A stretch of 63,870 bases of DNA, filler included, from Octopus bimaculoides (taxonomy: Eukaryota): the NCBI RefSeq assembly GCF_001194135.2. It is 4 parts of 4 records of this genome, joined end to end, with 100 filler letters (N's around TTAATTAATTAA, not from the genome) between each part and the next. Parts side by side here need not be neighbours in the genome. Positions count along the whole stretch, not along the records: positions 22,339 to 40,777 come from NC_068991.1; 3 more parts are not named here. One strand, written 5' to 3'. Position 1 is the stretch's first letter. Every line of letters starts with the position of its first letter. The notes beneath the pieces are model-generated. The model was not told where the DNA came from. It did no database searches and saw only the letters and a list, made by a program, of their open reading frames with translations. A program made the translations under genes and the position numbers. Below, in pieces: positions 25,206-36,483 of the stretch.

Positions 25206-25559
25206 ACTACTTTAACATGAATAATATAGATGTAACTTTTATCGTACTCATGTTTGGAAAAGGAATTCAAATGCTCTGGGAACGCTAGGCTGGAACAAAA
25301 ATACCGCAATTGGTAAACCATTCGTTGGAGCAAATATGGCTGTGTTACCAAAATGGCTACTCCTCAATAACGTTGCTCCACTGTTTTGATGGGAAACATT
25401 TCACGTCGCCTTCTCTAGAATGGTCTGTTACTGTAGTCTCAGTTTGACTAGTGACTTCAGAGTGAAAATTGGCTAACGGAAGCCCATTTCAGTGAGTGTG
25501 GTTGGTAAAGATGCACATCCTGTATTGGCCAGACAACCGTATGTTATTATACATCGCTG

Positions 25560-25910
25560 GTCACAATATGCTGCCAATTCTTTTTTGTTGGCGTCCTTCT
25601 TTTCTATCTTCGTGGAAATCGTTTAACGAAATTCTATTCTCATCATCATTGTGGCATTTTCCGATCTCTTAGATGCCACCCGACAACTACACGTACTCAT
25701 CTCTTGTCTGTGAAACATGTCCGACCCATCAGAAATTGTACTTTCGATATTCTGTGATCACGTCGTTCACTCAGCACTTTTCTCGAATTAACTCATTTCG
25801 GATATGCCCTTTCAAAGTTTCCGAGCCTTGCTCGCAAAGTTACTCTTGGTATTGATCTTTCTGTGGCTCTCTGCATCGTAGCCAGTCGATGTCCTTCTCT
25901 TCATAGAAGT
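25560..25910 (-). mobile_element. RTE-clade LINE, C-terminal remnant
   Basis: Minus-strand translation ..RLATMQRATERSIPRVTLR..HIRNELIREKC*VNDVITEYRKYNF*WVGHVS..VVGWHLRDRKMPQ resembles the RTE C-terminus (IRNEEIR..W.GHV.R), with stops. Confidence 0.7.
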
Positions 25911-25911
25911 C

Positions 25912-26103
25912 TACGTCTTACTTGCATATAAGACTCCAGGAAGGTCAATGCCATTGAAGGAACTGGTAAGAATAGCAAAGTTAGGAAAACAGGCATTTAC
26001 CTTGACAAAAGATGTGTTCAAAGTAAAACTGGACAAGGATATGCATATCAGGGAGAAATTACTGATAAATTTTTGCAGCTATATACTTCTCCTGTGTTGT
26101 TAC
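25912..26103 (+). mobile_element. RTE-clade LINE remnant in the opposite orientation (region just upstream of the previous fragment)
   Basis: KELVRIAKLGKQAFTLTKDVFKVKLDKD resembles the RTE segment EL.RRI..GW.AF..IKDVL..KL, which precedes the LYG.E.W motif. Confidence 0.5.
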
Positions 26104-26724
26104 ATTCTATCCGTTACTATCGCCAGTTTAAATTTACTAAGCCAGTGGTCAATCTTTCGCGAGATACTTACGATATGACACATGGAGTATAAATGGTATT
26201 ATGTAAGACAGACGATTCTGCTACTTGGAAGTACTAATTTTCGTTTGTTAAAACATATTGACGACCATAGCTACAAGTGGTCGTAAGTCGCACGCCCCAA
26301 TATTCCATTCGTGGATGGAACTTGGCAACGGGTCACCTGTCACTCGACATTTCCACTCCTCTGATTACTCCAACCAACACAGGTCGATCTTCAACTTGGT
26401 CATCGTTTGGTAAAAATTTCTCTCCCATTTTTTCCAAATCTGTACATCTAAACAAATCGTCTGCTCCAGAATCATGCTTCCCTTCTTCCCTTCTTCCCTT
26501 CTTCCCTGTAGCGTTAATCGTACCAAATACCTCTCCCTCCCACTCTATCATCTACATTTTGCCCATCCTCCAACTCGAATATATACCTTTCACATACACC
26601 AACTCACATACATTCTCACAGACTCCTACTTGCGTTCATTTCGTTCCCCACAGTCAAACCTGTCACCTTTACACGCAGTTGCAGAAGCATAAACACACAC
26701 CTGCATTCAGATAAACACGCCAAT

Positions 26725-26725
<1 letters not shown>

Positions 26726-26810
<85 letters not shown>

Positions 26811-26815
26811 ACACG
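26726..26815. repeat. (CA)n microsatellite
   Basis: Direct reading. Confidence 0.95.
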
Positions 26816-27059
26816 CATACGCTTCACACATTCTTATCTACACACACGTGCGCGAGTATTCACTAGGACTGTCAAACAAACACCCCACAAGAACGATATT
26901 CCCCCCTCTTTCTAACCCCTCATTTCCTGTATATCTTTCTCCTTTTGTAAAATATTTACATTTTATAATCTAGTAATTTTGTACACACTCATTATTTCTC
27001 TCTCTCTTTCTCCTCTCTCTTCTTTCTCTATCTCCCTCTCTCTCTCACTGTTCTCTTTT

Positions 27060-27160
27060 TCTTTCTGTCTCTCTGATGGTGGACTAACGCCTGAAACGTT
27101 AAACACTCCACTTGTCTCATTTTCTTAAGCGTTAAAACTAATATCTTATTCGTAAAACAT
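27060..27160 (+). mobile_element. Degenerate hammerhead-element relic
   Basis: CTGATGG-tggactaacgcct-GAAAC-GTT-aaac followed by ..aagcgttaaaactaatatc, like the F1 3' flank. Confidence 0.4.
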
Positions 27161-27463
27161 TTTTCGCTCTCTGTTCTTGTTAACGTTTATTAATACACTC
27201 TCTATATATACATACACCCATACAAATACGCAAATGCACACGCACACTCACAAACACATACATACAGGTGTAAAGGCTCCATTAGTTGTTAGGTATTTGC
27301 GAAATTGTTTACGATCTGCATGTGATATACGAAATGAATAGGTGTTTATAGGTGTTAATTCGACAGACATATTCATTTAGTGTAACACGATTGCTTGTCA
27401 AGCGGTAGATTTATATTTTGACATCCATGATGTGATATTTATTCCTCTCTCTCCCCCTCTCTC

Positions 27464-27500
<37 letters not shown>

Positions 27501-27817
27501 GAAGTTTACAGAAAAACAAAAGACGAAGACAGGTGTGTATGCTCGTCCGAGCGCTACCTATTGATAACACTCATGGATAAGCAATTCCTGGGCAATGTCT
27601 ACAAAAAAATATCTCGATCCCACCAAGGGACATATACATTGACCTCGTACTACAGATGACTAATGATTTCATCACTTGGACGAGGTGGAGAACCCTACAC
27701 TAAGACTCTACCCATTTAACTCCTGATATCATTTATATTCTGTAAGTCGGACTATTCTATATCCATACACATGTATATTTTTTCTATTAAGTGTATTTAA
27801 TATTCAGTATAAAGCAA

Positions 27818-28019
27818 GCAGCGAGCTGGTAGAATCGTTAGCACGCCGGGAGTTCTCTGAGTTCAAATTCCGCTGAGGTCGACTTTGCTTTTCATCCTTT
27901 CGTGGTCGATTAAATAAGTACCAGTTACGTACTGGGGTCGATGTAATCGACTTAATCCCTTTGTCTATCCTTGTTTGTCCCCTCTATGTTTAGCCCCTTG
28001 TGGGCAATAAAGAAATAAG
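27818..28019 (+). mobile_element. Family B SINE with an internal deletion and a 13-bp target-site duplication
   Basis: Family B consensus minus ~30 bp; flanked by tattcagtataaa (27801) and tattcagtgtaaa (28020). Confidence 0.85.
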
Positions 28020-28166
28020 TATTCAGTGTAAATCGACTTGCCTAACTTACTTGTCATTACAATTAATCATCTGCCGGCTCAAGTTGAAATCTCTTGATCA
28101 CTTCGAAGTGTATTATATATGGAGATAACACACACACACACACACATGTATATATACGTGTGTGTG

Positions 28167-28349
28167 TTCGCCATGATAGATCGATAGCAACTACACTTTT
28201 TTTCTCTCCTTGTTTCTTTCTGTGTACCTTTCTGTCGAAGAGCGTAGGCTCGAAACGTCAAAGACTTTTTCACTTCCCGAGCGTTATACTAATACATCTG
28301 TTCGTTGTCTACACCACCTGTCTTCGTCTTTTTTTTTGTGAATTCTACC

Positions 28350-28351
<2 letters not shown>
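28167..28351 (+). mobile_element. Hammerhead-bearing element F1 (motif at 28228-28263)
   Basis: cuuu-CUGUCGA-A-GAGC-guag-GCUC-GAAAC-GUC^-aaag, with perfect stems I and II and a GUC triplet; the element ends in (TA)n. Confidence 0.7.
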
Positions 28352-28393
<42 letters not shown>

Positions 28394-28701
28394 ATATACA
28401 GGCTAAACATTTAGATATAGAGGAAACAGCACGGTTTATATGTGCAAATATAAAAATATGGATCAGTATAAGTTACGAAGTTTCGTGCAAACCATCAAGT
28501 TTAATACGAAAGTTGTCTCCGTAACCATGGATATGAATTTATAGAATAATTGTATATTTTAGCTTTACGTAAATGCAACGAAACATACCAGGACAAGCAA
28601 GGTACTTAAAGCCCATATCGGTATTCATATTACTTCTCGCGTAAATGTAAATATATTTACATTAAGATCTCCGACTTTGATCGGAAGGAGCTAACTATTA
28701 A

Positions 28702-28903
28702 CCCATTAGCTGCCATGAGACCCATTTGGGGATCTGCTAAAAACAGCCTCACTACCATTTGTTCGTTGTATTTAAAGTGAATTGCTTATGTACATTGCAT
28801 TTGCAGAGGCGAGTTTAGCAATATTTAGGAGTTAAAGTTTGTCATTATAAACTCTGACTAATTCTAGAGGACATTTTATGTCATAAATCGCAATTTTTGA
28901 ACT

Positions 28904-28944
<41 letters not shown>

Positions 28945-29464
28945 CAAGCCAACCATGAACAAGCAAGAAAAAATAACAACGCGAGGACGTGGAATAACTA
29001 CAGTGTTATTGGACGCTCAGGAAAGGAAAGAAAAGAAAGAGGATTTCACGGTTCGAGCAGAGCTCTTCATCAGAAATATAGAAAAAGTTCAAAGAAGGGA
29101 AGACGGAGAAAAAAAGTGGCCAACGATACACAGGCGGTCACATATTGAAATATACACTGTAATACAGTATCTATATATATATATTTTGCATTTCTCATCT
29201 ATATCATTCATTGATATTTCATACACATTCGCATTTGATACTATAGTTTCATAAAAAACTAAAATGTCTATTATTGCAATTGAATAGAAAAGGATAAATA
29301 TGCTTATTTTTCAGCAATCCCCATTGGAGACTTTTCGAAAAATTCATCATAATTTCCAGAATAATTCACATATGAAGAAAATTTAAATTCTATATATTAT
29401 TTTAACTCCTAAGACACCTGGCAAAGCCAAAAATTATGAATAAAAGAATTTGGCAGTTAATGGT
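28702..29464. mobile_element. Possible piggyBac-type non-autonomous element
   Basis: TTAA|cccattagctgcca on the left and tggcagttaatggt|TTAA on the right; short imperfect TIR. Confidence 0.4.
28935..29140 (-). mobile_element. Hammerhead-bearing element, subfamily F2 (motif at 29043-29077)
   Basis: Minus strand auuu-CUGAUGA-A-GAGC-ucu-GCUC-GAACC-GUG-aaau; flanks match 38400 and 56861; the element ends in (TA)n. Confidence 0.6.
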
Positions 29465-29510
29465 TTAAAGCAAGTCCTGAAATATATATATATATATATA
29501 TATATTTTGC

Positions 29511-29753
29511 ACCCTTTTAAAGCCTAGCTAGGCTCATGGGTCCGGTTTCCCGGTTTCAATGGCGTATGCATTCCCCAGCTGGACGGGACGCCAGCCAATC
29601 GCAGCGTTACTCATTTTTGCCCGCTGAGTGGACTGGAGCAACGTGAAATGAAGTGTTTTGCTCAAGAGTACAACGCGTCGCTCGGTCCAGGAATCGAAAC
29701 CACAATCCTACGATCATGATGCTGACACCCTAACCACTAAGCCACGCGCCTCC
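29511..29753 (-). mobile_element. tRNA-derived SINE with the family D head and central domain but a different tail
   Basis: Reverse complement ggaggcgcgtggcttagtggttagg..gtttcgattcctggaccgagcgacgcgttgtactcttgagcaaaacacttcatttcacgttgctccagt. Confidence 0.85.
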
Positions 29754-29951
29754 ACTTTGAAATATATACTGTAGCGAATTTAATTTTTATATAAATATAA
29801 ATGTCGTGATTGAATGTGATGTCTAGAGGTAGAGGTAATTAAAATATCCAGAATTTTAAGCTGAATTACATTAATTAAATTTAATTAAAAGCTAAAAATG
29901 TTACTATGCAGAACAGTACAACATAATTTATACATACATATACGATATATA

Positions 29952-30182
29952 CAGTAATCTCTCGACTATCGCGGGTGATACGTTCCAAACTCCACTGCAA
30001 TAGGTGAAAATCGGCAAAGGAGAAATAGTAATGTGAATTTTTGCTATTATTTTTATAATTTGAAAATATATATTTTATTATAAATGCAAAACAACACCAC
30101 GTAGGAAACGACGTATAATTAAATAATAAACTGTGATAAGTGAACCGCGATAGGCGAACCGCGATATGGTGAGGGATTACTG
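29952..30182. mobile_element. Tc1/mariner (pogo/Tigger-like) MITE
   Basis: TA|CAGTAATCTCTCGACTATCGCGG ... CCGCGATATGGTGAGGGATTACTG|TA; imperfect TIRs of ~23 bp with TA target duplications. Confidence 0.8.
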
Positions 30183-30189
30183 TAATACA

Positions 30190-30573
30190 GGATGCGCAAT
30201 GGCCCAGTAGTTAGGGCAGCAGACTCGCGGTCATAGGATCGCGGTTTCGATTCCCAGACCGGGGGTTGTGAGTGTTTATTGAGCGAAAACACCTAAAGCT
30301 CCACGAGGCTCCGGCAGGGGATGGTGGTGAACCCTGCTGTACTCTTTCACCACAACTTTCTCTCACTCTTTCTTCCTGTTTCTGTTGTGCCTGTAATTCA
30401 AAGGGCCAGCCTTGTCAAACTGTGTCACGCTGAATATCCCCGAGAACTACGTTAAGGGTACACGTGTCTGTGGAGTGCTCAGCCATTTTCACGTTAATTT
30501 CACGAGCAGACTGTTCCGTTGATCGGATCAACTGGAACCCTCGACGTCGTAAGCGACGGAGTGCCAACAACAA
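30190..30573 (+). mobile_element. Family C tRNA-derived SINE, full length, (CAA)n tail
   Basis: A box TGGCCCAGTAG and B box GGTTTCGATTCCC; highly similar to 39019; ends gtgccaacaacaa; flanked by 113/114-bp direct repeats. Confidence 0.9.
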
Positions 30574-31034
30574 TTATAAATGCCATACAACTCCACGGAG
30601 GAAACGACGTATGCTTAAATAATAAACCGGGATAAGTGAACCGCGATAGGCGAACCGCGATATGGTGAGAGATTTACTGTAATACAAAGATGAAAAATAT
30701 CCATATATGACTCCATACTTCTCTCTGTCTGTCTGTCTCTCTCTCTCTGAGTATCTGTCTTTTTGTCCGTGTATCACGTCGCTGTTCATTGAAGCTATTA
30801 ACTGACGTTTATAGTGTTACATTCACACTTACGTTATTACTGTTTCGTAATAATGATATTATATGCTATTACGTATATAAGGTGACACTCTGTCTGTCTG
30901 ATTCAATGCAGTGTCTGCATGTGTCCGCTTGGCTACGGGTATGGATGGCTGATCAGGTTATTAATTTCAGCCTTTATACTTCTATCGACATTAATTTTCC
31001 ATGGTGATTATCTTCTGACAATACTGCTGCTACA

Positions 31035-31275
31035 TGTATGTATGTATGTATGTATGTATGTATGTATGTATGTATGTATGTATGCATGCATGTATGTATG
31101 TATGTATGTATGTATGTATGTGTCTGTATGTCTGTCTGTCTATCTATCTATCTATCTATCTATCGTCTTGTCTGTATGACTGTATGATTGTATGGCTGCC
31201 TGACTGTCTGTATATCTACATGTATGTATGTATGCATGTATGTATGTATGCATGTATCTATGTATATATATATAN
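31035..31275. repeat. (TATG)n/(TCTA)n microsatellite
   Basis: Direct reading. Confidence 0.95.
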
Positions 31276-31696
31276 NNNNNNNNNNNNNNNNNNNNNNNNN
31301 NNNNNNNNNNNNNNNNNNNNNNNNNNNNNNNNNNNNNNNNNNNNNNNNNNNNNNNNNNNNNNNNNNNNNNNNNNNNNNNNNNNNNNNNNNNNNNNNNNNN
31401 NNNNNNNNNNNNNNNNNNNNNNNNNNNNNNNNNNNNNNNNNNNNNNNNNNNNNNNNNNNNNNNNNNNNNNNNNNNNNNNNNNNNNNNNNNNNNNNNNNNN
31501 NNNNNNNNNNNNNNNNNNNNNNNNNNNNNNNNNNNNNNNNNNNNNNNNNNNNNNNNNNNNNNNNNNNNNNNNNNNNNNNNNNNNNNNNNNNNNNNNNNNN
31601 NNNNNNNNNNNNNNNNNNNNNNNNNNNNNNNNNNNNNNNNNNNNNNNNNNNNNNNNNNNNNNNNNNNNNNNNNNNNNNNNNNNNNNNNNNNNNNNN

Positions 31697-31731
<35 letters not shown>

Positions 31732-32095
31732 ACATACATATATGTATGTATGTATTATGTGTGTGTATGTATGTATATGTGCCTATGTGTCTACGTCTGT
31801 ATGCATACGTGTATGCGTGAGAAGTTGCTTCTGTCGATTTCAAACACTGATTTCTAATACTCACGAGAAGTTTCTTTTTTAGTTGAATTTGAACCATTTT
31901 TAAGTTAAAAAAAAAAACAAAACAACGATCAAAACAAACAAGCAAAAACCAAAAAGAAACGAAGCAGACAAACTCAGACATTTTTATTGTCTGAATAATG
32001 CTAGAACAGAAAAAATATGTCATGTGAGAGGTGTGAATCGTCTTAACCAATTATCCACCAGTATACCATCAGTCAACAATGTATTCTATATATTT

Positions 32096-32245
32096 AGTGA
32101 CAAATTACAAAAAAAAAAAAAACAAAGCAAAAGTCGAAGACGGGTGTGTAAACAACAAACAAATGTATTAGTTTAACGCTCGGGAAGTGAGAAAGTCTTT
32201 TACGTTTCGAGCCTACGCTCTTCGACAGAATGGAACACAGACATA
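32096..32245 (-). mobile_element. Hammerhead-bearing element F1 (motif at 32197-32232)
   Basis: Minus strand cauu-CUGUCGA-A-GAGC-guag-GCUC-GAAAC-GUA^-aaag with F1 flanks. Confidence 0.65.
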
Positions 32246-32441
32246 AACCATATGTTTACTATATATTCACTCGTCTTAACTCTAAGCTCATTGTGTAACC
32301 AAATCCCATATCTTTCCTTTAATTGCTATGGTACCTCATTTCACTTATCTGTGATACTATTTCACATAGGATTATTTCTTCAGCATTTTAGTCTACAAAC
32401 TATATCAACCTATCGCAATACCATTTACTTTTTCTCAAATA

Positions 32442-32597
32442 GGCGCAGGAGTGACTGTGTGGCAAGTAGCTTGCTTACCAACCACATGGTTCCGGGTTCA
32501 TTCCCACTGCGTGGCACCTTGGGCAAGTGTGTTCTACTAAAGCCTCGGGTCGACCAAAGTGGATTCGGTAGACGGAAACTGAAAGAAGCCCGTCGTA

Positions 32598-32662
<65 letters not shown>

Positions 32663-32673
32663 GTATGTGTGTG

Positions 32674-32706
<33 letters not shown>

Positions 32707-32933
32707 ATGTATGTGTGCGTATATGTTTGTGTGTCTGTGTTTGTCCCCAACAACGCTTGACAACCGATGGTGGTGTGTTTACGTCCCCGTAATTTAGCGG
32801 TTCGTCAAAAGACTGATAGAATAAGTACTAGGCTTCCAAAGAATAAGTCCTGGGGTCGATTTGCTCGACTAAAGGCGGTGCTCCAGCATGGCCGCAGTCA
32901 AATGACTGAAACAAGTAAAAGAGTAAAAGAGTA
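32442..32933 (+). mobile_element. SINE-like family A, full-length young copy with internal (TA)n(TG)n
   Basis: ggcgcaggagtgactgtgtgg..CORE-like ccttgggcaagtgt..(TA)n..3' module..(GAGTAAAA) tail; CpGs retained. Confidence 0.9.
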
Positions 32934-34501
32934 CCCTTAGAGTATCGCAGACACATCTGTGTCATTCTAACTTATGCCTAGCACAGAATCTGTCCTGCTC
33001 AACATCTCTCCCTCAACCAGAGACCGTAACTGGAAGTAGATTATCAAAACCGCTAAGCAAAAACATTTCAAGATTTTCCACTGCTCTTGAGGAGTGTTTG
33101 ATCGAAGATATATTGCACTATTAAAAAGCCGTTTATTGATTATAAGATTTCGATTTGAAAACTAGGAATTGGTAGTTTGGTTGACGAATGATTCAAAAGA
33201 ATGTAGTTTCTTAATGTATCAAATCTTGACCTATAGCTTCGTTTATTGGTCCTGTTGACAACCAATACCTGGTTTATATAATGTCTATTTTTTTTTCTAT
33301 TCAGATTTCTTCAAATTAGATTTTGCACAACAAATATAATCACCAAGTCGCTCATGCTTGCGAATATTATCTATTCTATGCGGCATCTGAATGGACAGCT
33401 AGAAACGTTAACTGCCAATACACACGCGCACATACACATAACTTTTTATATTCTGTCAGATTGTATGAGAAACAGATCAATGGGAAACTAATGCGAGTAT
33501 ATATAAATATTTTCTCAACGCCAGCAAAATTTATTGATTCTTTGGGCGATCGTTTGATTAGTCGTTCGTACAGTCGGTTGGTCGTTCACTCTTTTACACG
33601 TTATACTCTAGCAATCACACCAGCATAATTGAACTTAAACAGAAATAGATCTGTTTTCTATATCTTCTAGAAAAAAAAAACTGTCAGAATATGGCAGCGT
33701 CTCTTCGTAATAGAATGTATATGCATCTTTATATGGCCAACAAAACTCGGGATGGAAATAACCGAAGAGACATATGGAGAATTTATATTAAATTCTGGAA
33801 GGATGTTTGATAGATATTCTGCTGAGTGGAGAGAATTATTACTTGCAGTGTCACACAGTGGAAGCTGACGATTTACAGATCAAGATTACATACCAAGAGT
33901 TAATAAAACAGAAGAAAAATACGCTAGTATATGCATGCATACATATATATGTGAATATNNNNNNNNNNNNNNNNNNNNNNNNNNNNNNNNNNNNNNNNNN
34001 NNNNNNNNNNNNNNNNNNNNNNNNNNNNNNNNNNNNNNNNNNNNNNNNNNNNNNNNNNNNNNNNNNNNNNNNNNNNNNNNNNNNNNNNNNNNNNNNNNNN
34101 NNNNNNNNNNNNNNNNNNNNNNNNNNNNNNNNNNNNNNNNNNNNNNNNNNNNNNNNNNNNNNNNNNNNNNNNNNNNNNNNNNNNNNNNNNNNNNNNNNNN
34201 NNNNNNNNNNNNNNNNNNNNNNNNNNNNNNNNNNNNNNNNNNNNNNNNNNNNNNNNNNNNNNNNNNNNNNNNNNNNNNNNNNNNNNNNNNNNNNNNNNNN
34301 NNNNNNNNNNNNNNNNNNNNNNNNNNNNNNNNNNNNNNNNNNNNNNNNNNNNNNNNNNNNNNNNNNNNNNNNNNNNNNNNNNNNNNNNNNNNNNNNNNNN
34401 NNNNNNNNNNNNNNNNNNNNNNNNNNNNNNNNNNNNNNNNNNNNNNNNNNNNNNNNNNNNNNNNNNNNNNNNNNNNNNNNNNNNNNNNNNNNNNNNNNAT
34501 A

Positions 34502-34645
34502 GGGCGGCGAGCTGGCAGGATCGTTAACGGTATTTCGTCTGCCGTTACGTTCCAAGTTCAAATTCCGCCGAGGTCGACTTTGCTTTTCATCCTGTCGAGG
34601 TCGATTAAATAAGTATCAGATACGCACTGGTGTCGATCTAATCGA
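34502..34645 (+). mobile_element. Family B SINE, truncated
   Basis: ggcggcgagctggcagga..ccgccgaggtcgactttgcttttcatcc..aagtatcag..gatctaatcga. Confidence 0.8.
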
Positions 34646-35202
34646 AATTGAGACTTTGTCTCGCGGGTAGCTACTCGAGTTTCACGCCATTGCAATCTTC
34701 AGATGAATTTCACGCAGTGGCGTGTAATTTATGTCGTGAAACTAACTTTCAATTTCAATAAAAATCACACCGTCTACAAAATGCATCATATACTCCTTTT
34801 TCATTCGCCTGACATAAACCCACGTACGTATAATATATATATGTTTGTGTGCTTGTGTGCGCGCGCGTGTGAGAGTGATTGTGTGTGCGTTTGTGCGTGA
34901 GAGAAAGAGAGAGAGAATGAGAATGAGAGAGAGAGAGAGACAGAGGTATTTTGGAAGACACAAAGTTGCAACAGCGAATTGTGGAATTAGTGATAGAAAG
35001 ATCACATATCTTGAGAGAAACAGACAAGCTATTAAAGTGTAATTTAGCATACGAGAAATATGACAAGAAGAAGAGAGAATTAGACTTAGCCATTTGAGAA
35101 TCCTAGAATAGAGAAATTATGAACAACCGTATAGCAATAACCAATGGGATCTATATCGAATGAACGAATTTCCACGTCTTCACATAGATATTATATATTA
35201 TA

Positions 35203-35338
35203 TTGGGTCATCCCATAAATAATGCGATTTTTTTCAATTGCATTGAACTAAGAGTCAGAGGGAGACAGGATAAACTACTTGCATCAACTTGCGGTAAAAG
35301 CAGGTAGTAATTTTACCTTGTCCTTATTTTTAGTCACC
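35203..35338 (+). mobile_element. Solo mariner-type terminal fragment
   Basis: TA|TTGGGTCATCCCATAAATAATGCGATTTTT resembles mariner TIRs; no matching right end is seen. Confidence 0.4.
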
Positions 35339-35455
35339 ATCATCATCATCATCATCTTCATCATCATCATCATCATCATTCTTCTTCTTCTTCTTCTTCT
35401 TCTTCTTCTTCTTCTTCTTCTTCTTCTTCTTCTTCTTCTTCTTCTTCTTCTTCTT

Positions 35456-35523
<68 letters not shown>
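35338..35523. repeat. Compound trinucleotide array (CAT)n(CTT)n(ATT)n
   Basis: Direct reading; it is the source of the poly-L and poly-K ORFs. Confidence 0.95.
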
Positions 35524-35527
<4 letters not shown>

Positions 35528-35545
35528 GTTTGTATATATATATTG

Positions 35546-35882
35546 GAGACCCCCTTCGTTCATGACTGACCATGGGATTGCACCTCGAAAGTTACCCTTC
35601 CAGGTTCAAGTCCGGGCAAGGTTGTTTATGGAAGACCAGCAGTCGCCCATGCATACCGGCCTCCCCTATCCACGCCACCAGTGTTATCCAAGGGAAAGGC
35701 AAAGGGGCCGATACAGCTTGGCACCAGTGATGTCACAACTCATTTCTACAGCTGAGTGAACAGGAGCAAAGTGAAATAAAGTGTCTTGTTCAAGAACACA
35801 ACACACAACCCAGTCTGGGAATCGAACTCACAACCTCATAAGCGTAAGTTCAACGCTCTAACCACTAAGCCATGCGCCTTCC
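35546..35882 (-). mobile_element. Family D tRNA(Arg-like)-derived SINE, full length
   Basis: Reverse-complement head has A box TGGCTTAGTGG, ttACG loop and B box GAGTTCGATTCC, with a CORE-like ttgaacaagacactttatttcac; matches 54445. Confidence 0.9.
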
Positions 35883-36430
35883 CACACNNNNNNNNNNNNN
35901 NNNNNNNNNNNNNNNNNNNNNNNNNNNNNNNNNNNNNNNNNNNNNNNNNNNNNNNNNNNNNNNNNNNNNNNNNNNNNNNNNNNNNNNNNNNNNNNNNNNN
36001 NNNNNNNNNNNNNNNNNNNNNNNNNNNNNNNNNNNNNNNNNNNNNNNNNNNNNNNNNNNNNNNNNNNNNNNNNNNNNNNNNNNNNNNNNNNNNNNNNNNN
36101 NNNNNNNNNNNNNNNNNNNNNNNNNNNNNNNNNNNNNNNNNNNNNNNNNNNNNNNNNNNNNNNNNNNNNNNNNNNNNNNNNNNNNNNNNNNNNNNNNNNN
36201 NNNNNNNNNNNNNNNNNNNNNNNNNNNNNNNNNNNNNNNNNNNNNNNNNNNNNNNNNNNNNNNNNNNNNNNNNNNNNNNNNNNNNNNNNNNNNNNNNNNN
36301 NNNNNNNNNNNNNNNNNNNNNNNNNNNNNNNNNNNNNNNNNNNNNNNNNNNNNNNNNNNNNNNNNNNNNNNNNNNNNNNNNNNNNNNNNNNNNNNNNNNN
36401 NNNNNNNNNNNNNNNNNNNNNNNNNNNNNN

Positions 36431-36483
<53 letters not shown>

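Noticed and set aside
35279-35569. Poly-Leu / poly-Lys / poly-Asp ORFs as peptides
   Set aside because: They are translations of the (CAT)(CTT)(ATT) array.
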